Assembly (NCBI GenBank): GCA_963801165.1
Contig: CAWDDT010000002.1
Coordinates: forward strand, 1 to 30,085
Source: an uncultured bacterium
Lineage (GTDB): Bacteria; Actinomycetota; Acidimicrobiia; Spongiisociales; UBA5794
DNA length: 30,085 nucleotides
Direction of reading: 5' to 3'
Of the stretch, positions 16,643 to 25,334 are shown in pieces. The position numbers and the translations under genes are program-made. Below the pieces are notes generated by a model, which did no database searches, had not been told where the DNA came from, and was given only the letters and a program-made list of their open reading frames with translations. How positions within the stretch are numbered: position 1 is the stretch's first letter; each line of letters opens with the position of its first letter.

Positions 16643-18115
16643 ATGGCCGAATCGACACGGGCGCATACTCGGCAGGACCGAACACTCCCGAGAATCATCC
16701 AGGGCGGTATGGGAGTCGCCATCTCCGGCTGGGAATTGGCGAACGCGGTTGCCCGCAGAGGCCAGATGGGCGTGGTGTCGGGCACGATTCTCGAAGTGGT
16801 GATGGCGCGGCGGCTGCAGCTCGGCGATCCCGGCGGTCATGTGCGCAGAGCTTTGCACAACTTCCCCTTCCGCTCGGCTGCGGAACGGATCATCGATACC
16901 TACTACGAGCCGGCGGACGGCAAAGGCCCGAAGCAGCTCAAGAACGTTCGCACGTTCACAGTCGTACCGGGTCTGCCACTTCAGGAACTGACCGTCGCCG
17001 CCAACTTTGTGGAAGTGTTCCTGGCGAAGGAGGGCCACAACGGTCCGGTAGGCATCAACTACCTGAGGAAAATCGAGATGCCGATCCCCTTCTCGATCTA
17101 CGGTGCTTTGCTGGCGGGGGTGGACTACATCATCGTCGGGGCGGGGAATCCTAAGGAATTGCCCCATCTCATCTCCGAGCTGGCGGAACATCGGGCGGTA
17201 CGGCTGCCGTTGCGAGTCCAGGGACTCACATCGAAGGACGCCGATGTGGAGATGAGATTCGACCCATCGGATATCAACGAGGGCCGTCTACCCCCGATTA
17301 GCCGGCCCCGATTCCTTGCCATCGTTGCGTCGAACGATCTGGCGGCAGCACTGGCGGGTATGCCCGAAGCACCGGACGGGTTCGTTATCGAGAAGCCCAG
17401 CGCAGGAGGCCACAACGCTCCGCCGCGCGGGCCCCGAAGAATCGACGAGCTTGGACAACCGGTCTACGACAAGAAGGACGAAGTCGATCTCGCCGAGCTG
17501 CGCACCCTCGGACTGCCTTTCTGGCTCGCCGGATCGTTCGGTACCCCGGAGGGTCTGCGCCGGGCGCTCCGAGAAGGGGCCGCGGGGGTGCAAGTCGGCA
17601 CCGCTTTTGCATTCTGTGAGGAATCGGGCCTCGTTGCCGACATCAAGCGGACGATCACCAAGCAAGTAGCGGACGGCACCGTTGAAGTGCTTTCGGATTG
17701 GCGAGCATCGCCAACGGGGTTCCCGTTTCGGATTGTCCAGGTGGATGGAACCCTGTCCGACGAAGCGGTGTACGACGATCGGTCCCGGGTGTGCGACCTC
17801 GGGGCATTACGCGTACCGTACCAGACAGAAAACGGTTCCATTGGGTACCGCTGTCCTGCAGAGCCGCTACGCGCCTACATCGAGATCAAAGGGGGAAGGG
17901 CCGCCAATACCGAACAGCGGCTATGTCTGTGCAACGGGCTGTTGGCGACGGCTGGACTGCCGCAATTCCGGGCGAAGAGCGGATACGAGGAACCGGCGCT
18001 CGTTACCGCGGGTTCGGATTTCAGCGGCGTGAAAGAGCTCATGCAGCGGCGCACACCAGGCGAGTCCTTCTACACAGCCGACGAGGTAATCGACTACTTG
18101 ATGAGCAACGCGTAG
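16643..18115 (+). CDS. FMN TIM-barrel oxidoreductase, nitronate monooxygenase/FabK/FabX family, 490 aa
   Basis: IIQGGMGVAIS, SAGGHN, WLAGS, GVQVGTAF and SPTGFPFR. C-terminal C-x19-C-x23-C-x-C. AGGA RBS before ATG 16643; the ORF-track extension from 16460 looks non-coding. Confidence 0.87.
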   Translation: MAESTRAHTRQDRTLPRIIQGGMGVAISGWELANAVARRGQMGVVSGTILEVVMARRLQLGDPGGHVRRALHNFPFRSAAERIIDTYYEPADGKGPKQLKNVRTFTVVPGLPLQELTVAANFVEVFLAKEGHNGPVGINYLRKIEMPIPFSIYGALLAGVDYIIVGAGNPKELPHLISELAEHRAVRLPLRVQGLTSKDADVEMRFDPSDINEGRLPPISRPRFLAIVASNDLAAALAGMPEAPDGFVIEKPSAGGHNAPPRGPRRIDELGQPVYDKKDEVDLAELRTLGLPFWLAGSFGTPEGLRRALREGAAGVQVGTAFAFCEESGLVADIKRTITKQVADGTVEVLSDWRASPTGFPFRIVQVDGTLSDEAVYDDRSRVCDLGALRVPYQTENGSIGYRCPAEPLRAYIEIKGGRAANTEQRLCLCNGLLATAGLPQFRAKSGYEEPALVTAGSDFSGVKELMQRRTPGESFYTADEVIDYLMSNA

Positions 18116-18388
18116 CCGTCGCATCGCCGCAATCGTTGGTTCAGAAACCGTCGCACGTTGTCCTCGAAGCCCAAAGCGCAGCGAGGATACACTCGTGTTC
18201 TGAAGCCACCTGGCTAGCAGGCATGGATATGTCGAGGCCGCCGAGTAGGGTGTGCCGCCGCCCAACGCCACAGGCGCCAAGTCGATGGCCAGGCACGAAC
18301 TCACTCCCCGACACGGCTTGGTGGAGGACCCTGCCAGCGGTCCCGACGCGTGTTCAGCGCGAGGTCCTCGGTCTTCCAGTTCTTTTGG

Positions 18389-18748
18389 TCACGACGATGG
18401 TTTGTGTTCCCCGAGGACGCAGAACTCGTTGCCCTCTGGATCGGCTAACACCACCCAGGGTACGTCGCCCTGACCAACGTCGACACGGGACGCGCCGTGT
18501 GCGATGAGTCGCTCGACCTCGGTGTCCTGATCTTCGGGGCGGAAATCGAGATGAAGGCGGTTCTTGGACTGCTTCTGTTGGGTGACCGCCTGAAACATGA
18601 TCCCCGGGAGCTGATCGGCCTCTGGTCGAATCTCGAACTCGTCGGGATCGTCGTTGACGATGACCCATCTGAGCGCCTCTAGCCACCATCGACCGAGCGC
18701 CACAGGATCATGGGCATCGATGACGATCTGTTCCCACTCGAGACTCAT
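18389..18748 (-). CDS. VOC/glyoxalase-like protein
   Basis: IVIDAHDP..LGRWW, KNRLHLD and WVVLADPEGNEFCVL. Leaderless -10 TAGGGT 6 nt upstream (18755-18760). Confidence 0.9.
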   Translation of the reverse strand: MSLEWEQIVIDAHDPVALGRWWLEALRWVIVNDDPDEFEIRPEADQLPGIMFQAVTQQKQSKNRLHLDFRPEDQDTEVERLIAHGASRVDVGQGDVPWVVLADPEGNEFCVLGEHKPSS

Positions 18749-18874
18749 GGGATGACCCTACCGCTCGCAAGTCCTAGCGGTCGAGCGCTCTGTTGCGGTG
18801 GCCCGGAGCTGTTTGCTGGCACGTGGAGCCTCGCGGCTCGGACCTGCCCGCCCAGCGCGCGAGATTCCGGGTGT

Positions 18875-18920
18875 TCGGACTCGTACCAAAGGTCGCAGAT
18901 TCGAACCCTGCCCTCGCTAC
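18875..18920 (+). pseudogene. Degenerate 3' half of an initiator tRNA-Met (att-like scar)
   Basis: TCGGACTCGTACCAAAGGTCGCAGATTCGAACCCTGCCCTCGCTAC resembles the tRNA-fMet 3' half (GGCTCATAACCCxxAGGTCGCAGGTTCRAATCCTGxCCCCGCTAC, recalled consensus). T-arm GCAGA-TTCGAAC-CCTGC. No 5' half or D-arm. Confidence 0.55.
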
Positions 18921-18957
18921 GAAGAAGCCCGTGGTAGTCCTACATCTACCAGCGAAC

Positions 18958-19575
18958 CTATATCCATCCCAGGAATCCGGCGAACACGACCATCATCACG
19001 GCATCCAGTGCAGCAAAGGTCCCGATGAAGGTGATCCGCTGCTTGGGCTTTGCGTCGTAGCAGTAGGCGGCGGCCAGGAAGAAGGGGATGTAGACCAGCA
19101 GGAAGACGGGGATGGGTCCCCACCAGGAATATACCCAGACGAAAGCCGGCGTCTTTGCCAGGAAGATCTCGATTGTGGCGAAGAGTGCCGCATTCCCGAT
19201 CACAAACAACAGACGGTTGTTGAGACCAAAGACCTTCAGCTTGGGGTCATCCGGCAGAACCTTGCTCAAGACGAGGCCGGCGATCGAGAACATGAGACTC
19301 AGCTCGATGCCGGCCCCAACCAGGATCAAGAAGGATGTGCCGGTCGGCACCGTCCACAGGGCGTCGCCGCTGAAGTGCTGGATAAGTGCATTGAGGATCT
19401 CGAAGAACCAGTGCACGACGTAGAGGCCAAGCCCGGCTGCGATGCCCTTCCAGTTCCTCCTGGAGATCTCGTTGGTGTACACGTAGACCACCAGTGCCAG
19501 GAAGGTGATCACGTACCACTGGAAGTTGTCGCCCGTACGCAGGATATCGAGCGCCATCTGGGTCGCATTGTCCAT
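18958..19575 (-). CDS. Integral membrane protein of unknown function (about 6 TM)
   Basis: 205-aa hydrophobic ORF with several 20-aa apolar stretches. GGAG RBS before ATG 19575. Confidence 0.8.
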   Translation of the reverse strand: MDNATQMALDILRTGDNFQWYVITFLALVVYVYTNEISRRNWKGIAAGLGLYVVHWFFEILNALIQHFSGDALWTVPTGTSFLILVGAGIELSLMFSIAGLVLSKVLPDDPKLKVFGLNNRLLFVIGNAALFATIEIFLAKTPAFVWVYSWWGPIPVFLLVYIPFFLAAAYCYDAKPKQRITFIGTFAALDAVMMVVFAGFLGWI

Positions 19576-19691
19576 AGGTCTCTCCAATGGAAATGGGATT
19601 CGGGTGTCCGTGTGTCCAGCATAAATCTTGCGAGCGGGCGTCCCAGGTTGGGTTTCGTGAGAGCAGTCGCCGTGTCTCGTAATGTGTGCGT

Positions 19692-21662
19692 ATGAGCCGA
19701 GTGAGAATCCTCCCAGGGATCTGGCACGACCGCCTGACCGTCAACGCCGGGCAAGCGATCTTCCACCAATGGGGGCAACTCGAGGCTTCGGGTTGCATCG
19801 ACAACTTCCGCATCGCAGCCGGCGAAACCGAAGGATTCCGTCAGGGCTGGTTCTTCGCCGACTCGGACGCCTACAAGTGGCTGGAGGCGGCCGCGCGCGT
19901 TTGTGCCACCCATCCCAGCCCACGTCTGGCGACTGTGATGGATGACTTCATCGATCTGCTTGGGCGGGTCCAGCAACCCGACGGCTACATCTACACGTAC
20001 AACCAGATTCACTTCCGGGAATCCCGCTGGGTCAACTTGCAAGTCGAGCATGAGCTGTACTGTCACGGCCACCTGATTGAGGCGGGCGTCTCGCACAACG
20101 AGGCGACGGGGCATACAGACCTGCTGGGAATCGTCCGGCGTGCCGCAGATCGCGTTGTTGCGGATTTCGAGGGCAAGGGACCGGCGTATACCCCGGGACA
20201 TCAGGAGATCGAGCTTGCCATGTTGCGGTTGTACCGGCTCACCGGGCAGGCCGACTATCTGAATCTGGGCAAGCAACTCATTGAGCAGCGCGGCCGGATA
20301 CGACGGTTTGGTCTTTCCGTCTTCCGACAGAACTCGAGTGCTGAAAAGAGGAAGAAGGTCGCCGGGGCGCAGCGGCAGGACTACATGGCCGCCCACCCGG
20401 AGTACTCCCCATCCCGTGTTCCCGCGGGGAACGAATCCAAGAAGCCGTGGCACGCCAAACCACGGTGGATGCTGAGCGCCCTCAACGGCGAGTACTTCCA
20501 GCAGAACGCCTTGATCCGGTTCCAAACCGTGCCGGTCGGACACTCGGTCCGGTTTGCCTACATGGAAACGGCAGCCGCAATGTTGGCGCGAGACAGCAGT
20601 GACCCGTCTCTGCTAGATGCCATCGAGCGAGCCTGGGATCACATGGTCTCGCGCAAGATGTACGTCACGGGTGGAATCGGCTCGCTGCCTCATTCAGAGG
20701 GTTTTGGCCGCGACTACGAGCTCGACCCGGAGGTCGCCTACGCCGAGACTTGTGCCGCTCTGGGGAGCATGTTCTGGAACTGGGAGATGGCCCAGTTGAC
20801 TGGAAAGGCGCAGTACAGCGACCTGTTCGAGTGGCAGCTGTACAACGCTGCCGGCGTTGGCATGGGATCAGACGGCACCACCTACTTCTACAACAATCCT
20901 CTGACCACCACGGGCGGTGTCGAGCGGAAGCCGTGGTACGAGGTCTGCTGTTGCCCGTCCAACATCTCGCGTACCTGGGCCGACCTGCGGAAGTACCTGT
21001 ATACATGCGACGAGGGTGGTGTTTGGGTGCACCAATACGTCAACAGCGCTGCAGTCCTCGAGGAGTGTGGCGCCGCCAATCTCGAGGTTGAGACCGGGCT
21101 TCCCTGGCGAGGGAATGTCCGGATCGAAGTCGCTCCCAATGTGCGCCCTGATTTCGGCCTACACGTGCGCATTCCATCCTGGGCGAGCGGTGGTTCGTTG
21201 CGAATAAATGAGGAGAGGCAAGATCTCCCGATCGTAGGTTCAGCGCCCGATGGGCAAGCGGCCTCGGGTTATGACCCGCGGATCAGTCGCTTCCACAAAA
21301 TCCAGCGCACCTGGCTACCGGGCGATGTGGTCGAGATCGAATTCGACATGGGGATCCAGCTGCGCCGCGCTCACCCGAAGGTGAAGGGGCATGAGGGCCG
21401 AGTCGCCATCACTGCCGGCCCGCTGGTTTACTGCCTCGAAAGCGTCGACAACCCCGACGTGGACATCCACAACGTCCAGATCGACCCTGATTCACTCGCC
21501 CGGCATTTCGATCGAGATCTACTCGGCGGCACAAGCGTGATCACCGCGAGGACGCCGGACTCGAGTCCGTTGGTCCTCATTCCGTATCACCTCTGGGGAA
21601 ACCGTGGACCGTCACAGATGACGGTCTGGGTGAGGATCAGCCACACGACCCGATTTCATTGA
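19692..21662 (+). CDS. Glycoside hydrolase family 127 (beta-L-arabinofuranosidase-like)
   Basis: DSDAYKWLEA, HELYC.GHLIEA, GHQEIE, GHSVR, MYVTGGIG, SEGF, YAETCA, CCCPSN, GPLVYC and IPYHLWGNRG. -10 TAATGT 6 nt before ATG 19692. No signal peptide seen. Confidence 0.92.
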   Translation: MSRVRILPGIWHDRLTVNAGQAIFHQWGQLEASGCIDNFRIAAGETEGFRQGWFFADSDAYKWLEAAARVCATHPSPRLATVMDDFIDLLGRVQQPDGYIYTYNQIHFRESRWVNLQVEHELYCHGHLIEAGVSHNEATGHTDLLGIVRRAADRVVADFEGKGPAYTPGHQEIELAMLRLYRLTGQADYLNLGKQLIEQRGRIRRFGLSVFRQNSSAEKRKKVAGAQRQDYMAAHPEYSPSRVPAGNESKKPWHAKPRWMLSALNGEYFQQNALIRFQTVPVGHSVRFAYMETAAAMLARDSSDPSLLDAIERAWDHMVSRKMYVTGGIGSLPHSEGFGRDYELDPEVAYAETCAALGSMFWNWEMAQLTGKAQYSDLFEWQLYNAAGVGMGSDGTTYFYNNPLTTTGGVERKPWYEVCCCPSNISRTWADLRKYLYTCDEGGVWVHQYVNSAAVLEECGAANLEVETGLPWRGNVRIEVAPNVRPDFGLHVRIPSWASGGSLRINEERQDLPIVGSAPDGQAASGYDPRISRFHKIQRTWLPGDVVEIEFDMGIQLRRAHPKVKGHEGRVAITAGPLVYCLESVDNPDVDIHNVQIDPDSLARHFDRDLLGGTSVITARTPDSSPLVLIPYHLWGNRGPSQMTVWVRISHTTRFH

Positions 21663-21694
21663 ATGGTCGCACCGCCGGGGAGCCTCGACGGCAG

Positions 21695-21732
21695 TTCGGG
21701 TGGTCCCGCCGATAGCCACGGGACCACCCGAA
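21695..21732. terminator. Stem-loop between convergent genes, probable bidirectional terminator
   Basis: Perfect 14-bp stem TTCGGGTGGTCCCG / CGGGACCACCCGAA with a 10-nt loop. No U-tract. Confidence 0.65.
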
Positions 21733-21756
21733 TGATGGGTCATGCGATCGTGGTCT

Positions 21757-22035
21757 CTAGTACTCGATGGCGTCGACTTCTTCATACAGCTCAATACGCG
21801 GCTCGCTCGTGATTCCTGCCGACGCGAGGGCCGCCCGGAGCGAAGGGTTGTTGAGGAACGCCTGGGCGACTTCGGCGCTGTCGTAGCCTTGCACGACCGT
21901 GACGTTGTTCGGGTTCTCGACATTGCGATCGATCCGACCGAACCGGACACCATGCGACCCGTGATCGAATCCGTCGTAGACGGCCTTCCATTTGACGAAG
22001 TCCTCGATATCGTGGTTGACGATTGATACGTACAT
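21757..22035 (-). CDS. Small dimeric alpha-beta barrel (cyclase/ABM-like) protein, 92 aa
   Basis: H.IEDF.KWK.VYD...RNVENPNNV...A.AF....LR.A...AGITSEP pattern. AGGAAGGA RBS before ATG 22035. Confidence 0.75.
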   Translation of the reverse strand: MYVSIVNHDIEDFVKWKAVYDGFDHGSHGVRFGRIDRNVENPNNVTVVQGYDSAEVAQAFLNNPSLRAALASAGITSEPRIELYEEVDAIEY

Positions 22036-22255
22036 GTCTTGTCCTTCCTGACATACCCTGAGGGGCGGCTCGCCGCCGGACGGATCTCTGCAGCTGGCGA
22101 GCCGATGAGTTGCGCTGCCTCGGGATCGGGCTTTCCGATCCACTGAGCACAAGTATCTCGAGCGACCGTTTGCCCAGCGTTTGCGAGTCTTGACCCGATT
22201 ACTGCAGACTCGAGTTCCTTGTGGTGCGCCCGGGCTGCGACTGTCCGATCGGGAG

Positions 22256-23083
22256 CTATTCGTCGAGGAAGATGTCTTGCTGGAGTTCGGCATCGTCGCC
22301 GAATGCGTAGCCGGTTAGGTCGGTGGTGCCGGCTGCGGCGAGTACTTCGTCATCGATGTAGAAGTTGCCGGTGTGTTCTCTGCTCGGGCGGCCCATGATC
22401 TCGTAGGCGGCGTCGGCGACGATCTCCGGTCGTCGGGAGCGGCGCATTGCCTCGTCTCCGCCGAGCAGGTTCTGCACTGCCGCGGTGGCGATGATGGTGC
22501 GTGGCCACAGGCTGTTGACGGCGATGCCGTCGGCGGCGAACTCCACAGCCATGCCGAGGGTGCACATGCTCATCCCGTATTTGGCGATCGAATAGGCAAC
22601 GTGGTTGCCGAACCAGTGCGGTTTCATGTTGAGCGGAGGGCTCAGGGTGAGGATGTGCGGATTGTCGGACCGTTTCAGGTGGGGGATGCAGGCGCGAGAC
22701 ACCGTGTAGGTCCCCCGGGTGTTGATGTCCTGCATGAGGTCGTACATCTTCATCGGCAAGGCTTCTGTGTTGAGCAGGGCGATCGCAGAGGCGTTGTTGA
22801 CGCACATATCGATGCCGCCGAATGCGTCGACCGTCTCGGCAACCGCGGCCTCCACCTGGTCATCGAAGCGGATGTCGCCGACGATGGGAAGCGCCTTTCC
22901 GCCGGCAGCTTCGATCTCAGCGGCGGCGGTGTAGACAGTCCCGGGCAGTTTCGGGTGGGGCTCGGCCGTCTTTGCCATCAGCGCGACGTTGGCGCCGTCC
23001 GCCGCGACCCGCTTGGCGATCGCCAGCCCGATGCCACGACTGCCCCCCGACATGAACATCGTCCTGCCCTTGAACCCGCCCAT
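22256..23083 (-). CDS. SDR oxidoreductase, HSDL2/citronellol dehydrogenase (AtuG)-like
   Basis: SGGSRGIG, AKTAEPHPKLPGT, NNASAI, HILTLSPPL, YSIAK and NSLWPRT. GAGGAG RBS before ATG 23083. An alternative in-frame leaderless ATG lies at 23104 behind TACGCT. Confidence 0.9.
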   Translation of the reverse strand: MGGFKGRTMFMSGGSRGIGLAIAKRVAADGANVALMAKTAEPHPKLPGTVYTAAAEIEAAGGKALPIVGDIRFDDQVEAAVAETVDAFGGIDMCVNNASAIALLNTEALPMKMYDLMQDINTRGTYTVSRACIPHLKRSDNPHILTLSPPLNMKPHWFGNHVAYSIAKYGMSMCTLGMAVEFAADGIAVNSLWPRTIIATAAVQNLLGGDEAMRRSRRPEIVADAAYEIMGRPSREHTGNFYIDDEVLAAAGTTDLTGYAFGDDAELQQDIFLDE

Positions 23084-23342
23084 CAAATCCTCCTCGAGTC
23101 GCATCGGCACAGCGTATCGCGTTGCGACGGAGCCAGCCGGGCCGGCACGGTGCACGAGACACCCGGACGCGGCGGTCCATTGAGCGGGGACGACACCTCG
23201 ACGCTTTCTTGCGTCCCGCGGTGTCGCCCCCGTGATAGCGTTGTCAAATCATGGCTCTCGTCCTTCTCCGGGGTAGTACCGGCCCACCGGGAGATCGTCT
23301 GTTCATGGAGCAAGCGTCACGAATCCGGAGCGGAGTTCCAAA

Positions 23343-23786
23343 ATGGCACAACCACTGATCAATGAAGTCCTGGTCAACTGCGATCCGGCCACGGCGTTTG
23401 ATTTGCTGGCCGATGTCCGGAACGAGACGAGGTGGACCAAGGGCGTTTCGGTAGCGGAGCTACGGAGCGAAGAGCCGGTTGGCGAGGGCGCGAAGTTCCT
23501 GACCGTCTACCGAGGCACGGACAACGATGTGACAATCGCTGAGTTCAATCGACCCCAACGCCTGGTCGTCGCCGCCGGCAACGACAGGATCGACATCGAC
23601 ACGACGTACACGTTCACCGGAGAGAACGGTGGCACACGAGTCGTGGTCAGCACCGACATGATGCCGAAAGGATTTGTCGCGGCCTTCTCCCCGCTGCTCC
23701 GGCTCTTCATGCGACGTGAGCTGGCGAGCAAGTACGCGACCTTCAAGCGAGCGTGCGACGGTCAGTCAGACGCCCGCTCGGACTGA
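23343..23786 (+). CDS. SRPBCC (polyketide cyclase/dehydrase-like) protein
   Basis: P..AFD.LAD..N...W, PVGEG.KF, EFNRPQRL, GGTRV and a C-terminal helix. GGAG RBS. Confidence 0.85.
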   Translation: MAQPLINEVLVNCDPATAFDLLADVRNETRWTKGVSVAELRSEEPVGEGAKFLTVYRGTDNDVTIAEFNRPQRLVVAAGNDRIDIDTTYTFTGENGGTRVVVSTDMMPKGFVAAFSPLLRLFMRRELASKYATFKRACDGQSDARSD

Positions 23787-23971
23787 GCCCTCATCAGCCT
23801 CCCATCGTCAGCGCAACGGTCGTCCCGCTCGTCAGATTCTTGCGAGAACGGGAGAGCACGAACCGTTGTTTGCCATCGGCGTCTACCCTCCTGCGTCGTT
23901 GCGCTCCACGTCCTCCCTGGAAGTGAGGACAAAGGAACAGCGCCGCCACGCTGGTCGGTAGAGTGGCCTGC

Positions 23972-24970
23972 GTGTCGTCGCCACTTGAGTCGTTTCCTCG
24001 TCTCTCGCTCGCTTCTCTGCCAACACCGCTCGAGCCGTGCGCCCGTCTGAGTGAACACCTCGGCGGCCCCCGCATACTCGTCAAACGCGATGACCTGACC
24101 GGTGCCGCGGGCGGCGGTAACAAGATCAGGAAGCTCGAGTTCGTGGTGGCTGACGCTTTGGACCGTGGTGCCGACACACTGGTGACGATGGGTGTGGGTC
24201 AGTCGAATTCAGCCCGGCAGGTCGCGGGCGTGGGCGCCTCGCTCGGGTTTGATGTTCATGTTGCGGTCATCACTGATCGTGTCGAGCGCAGCGATCCGGC
24301 CTACCGATTTGGTGGCAACGCCCTTCTAACGCGACTGTTCGGCGCCACACTGCACGAGTGTTCGGTCAGCGATGATCGGCACGAGGTGCTAGCGCGGCTC
24401 GCCAACGAGCTCACGGCTGAAGGGAAGCATCCCGTCGTCGTGCCCTACGGAGTCTCCAGCGCGCGAGGCGGGCTTGGCTACGTGGCTGCGGCCCACGAGC
24501 TCGCCGGCCAAATCGACGAACTACCCACAGCGATCGTCCACGGATCCGGGACGGGGGCGACACAGGCGGGCCTTATCGTCGGATGCGCCGACGCTCTTCC
24601 AGGCACCGAGGTGCTCGGGGTCGACGTCGACGCCGAACCGGAACGGGTTGCTAGCGACGTAGCGGCCCTCGTCGTCGATATTGCGCATCTACTGGGCACA
24701 GATCCACCACCGCAATCGCCTGAAGTGTTTGCCGGTTGCGCCGGTGCAGCCTACGGCTCGGCGCCCGAGCAGGTTCTCAACGCCATTGATCTCTTCGCGC
24801 GGTATGCGGGTCTTGTGCTCGATCCCGTCTACTCAGGCGTCGGCGCCGCGGGTCTCATCGAGATGATCGGCAACCGACGCTTCAGCCCCGAAGAGACAGT
24901 TGTCTTTCTCCACACCGGAGGAACTCCCGGCCTACACGCCTACCGGTCGACGTTGACATCTCGCTGGTAG
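23972..24970 (+). CDS. PLP-dependent D-cysteine desulfhydrase/L-cysteate sulfo-lyase family protein
   Basis: LPTPLE, VKRDDLTG, GGNKIRKLEF, QSNSAR, SGTGATQAG, LDPVYSG and FLHTGG. -10 TAGAGT 7 nt before GTG 23972. Confidence 0.88.
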   Translation: MSSPLESFPRLSLASLPTPLEPCARLSEHLGGPRILVKRDDLTGAAGGGNKIRKLEFVVADALDRGADTLVTMGVGQSNSARQVAGVGASLGFDVHVAVITDRVERSDPAYRFGGNALLTRLFGATLHECSVSDDRHEVLARLANELTAEGKHPVVVPYGVSSARGGLGYVAAAHELAGQIDELPTAIVHGSGTGATQAGLIVGCADALPGTEVLGVDVDAEPERVASDVAALVVDIAHLLGTDPPPQSPEVFAGCAGAAYGSAPEQVLNAIDLFARYAGLVLDPVYSGVGAAGLIEMIGNRRFSPEETVVFLHTGGTPGLHAYRSTLTSRW

Positions 24971-25309
24971 AGGGCCGCAAACGCCAGGCACCATCTCAGT
25001 CTCGTGGGACTGGGGAGCCCAGATGTCGATGCCACCACAGTTTGCCCTCTCGGCTCGATGTAAGAGACCCAGCCGCAGCTGCAGCGGAATCTCTCCGGGA
25101 TTTCCTACCCCGACCACGACGCCGGCGCTTTCGGTGCGGCAGTGCACGACCGCCCTGCGGTGCAGTCTCCTTCAGCACATGGCGTTCAGGTCGTTAGCCG
25201 CTCGATGCATCGATTGGGAGGTCGATGTGCTGTCGGCCGGCATCACCCGGAAGATCGTATTCGCGTGGCGCTGACCGACTAGCCCATTATCCATCCAGAA
25301 GGAATCAAC

Positions 25310-25334
25310 GTAGGGTCGCAGGCTCGGACCCTAC
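25310..25334. terminator. Hairpin overlapping the permease stop codon
   Basis: GTAGGGTC-N9-GACCCTAC inverted repeat. Confidence 0.3.

Noticed and set aside
23233-23246. LacI-like operator TGATAGCGTTGTCA
   Set aside because: Only 5 of 7 positions pair, it is a single copy, and no cognate regulator is nearby.
21757-23786. Cyclase-like, SDR and SRPBCC genes as tailoring enzymes of the PKS
   Set aside because: They are separated from the cluster by unrelated genes, are in mixed orientation, and belong to ubiquitous families. Synteny evidence would be needed.
23972-24970. ACC deaminase (acdS)
   Set aside because: It lacks the diagnostic DPVYE and HLGG residues.
24971-25330. ncRNA, riboswitch or small ORF in the 360-bp convergent gap
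   Set aside because: Only short GC hairpins and motif-less ORFs are present, and I recognise no RNA family. An Rfam scan would settle it.
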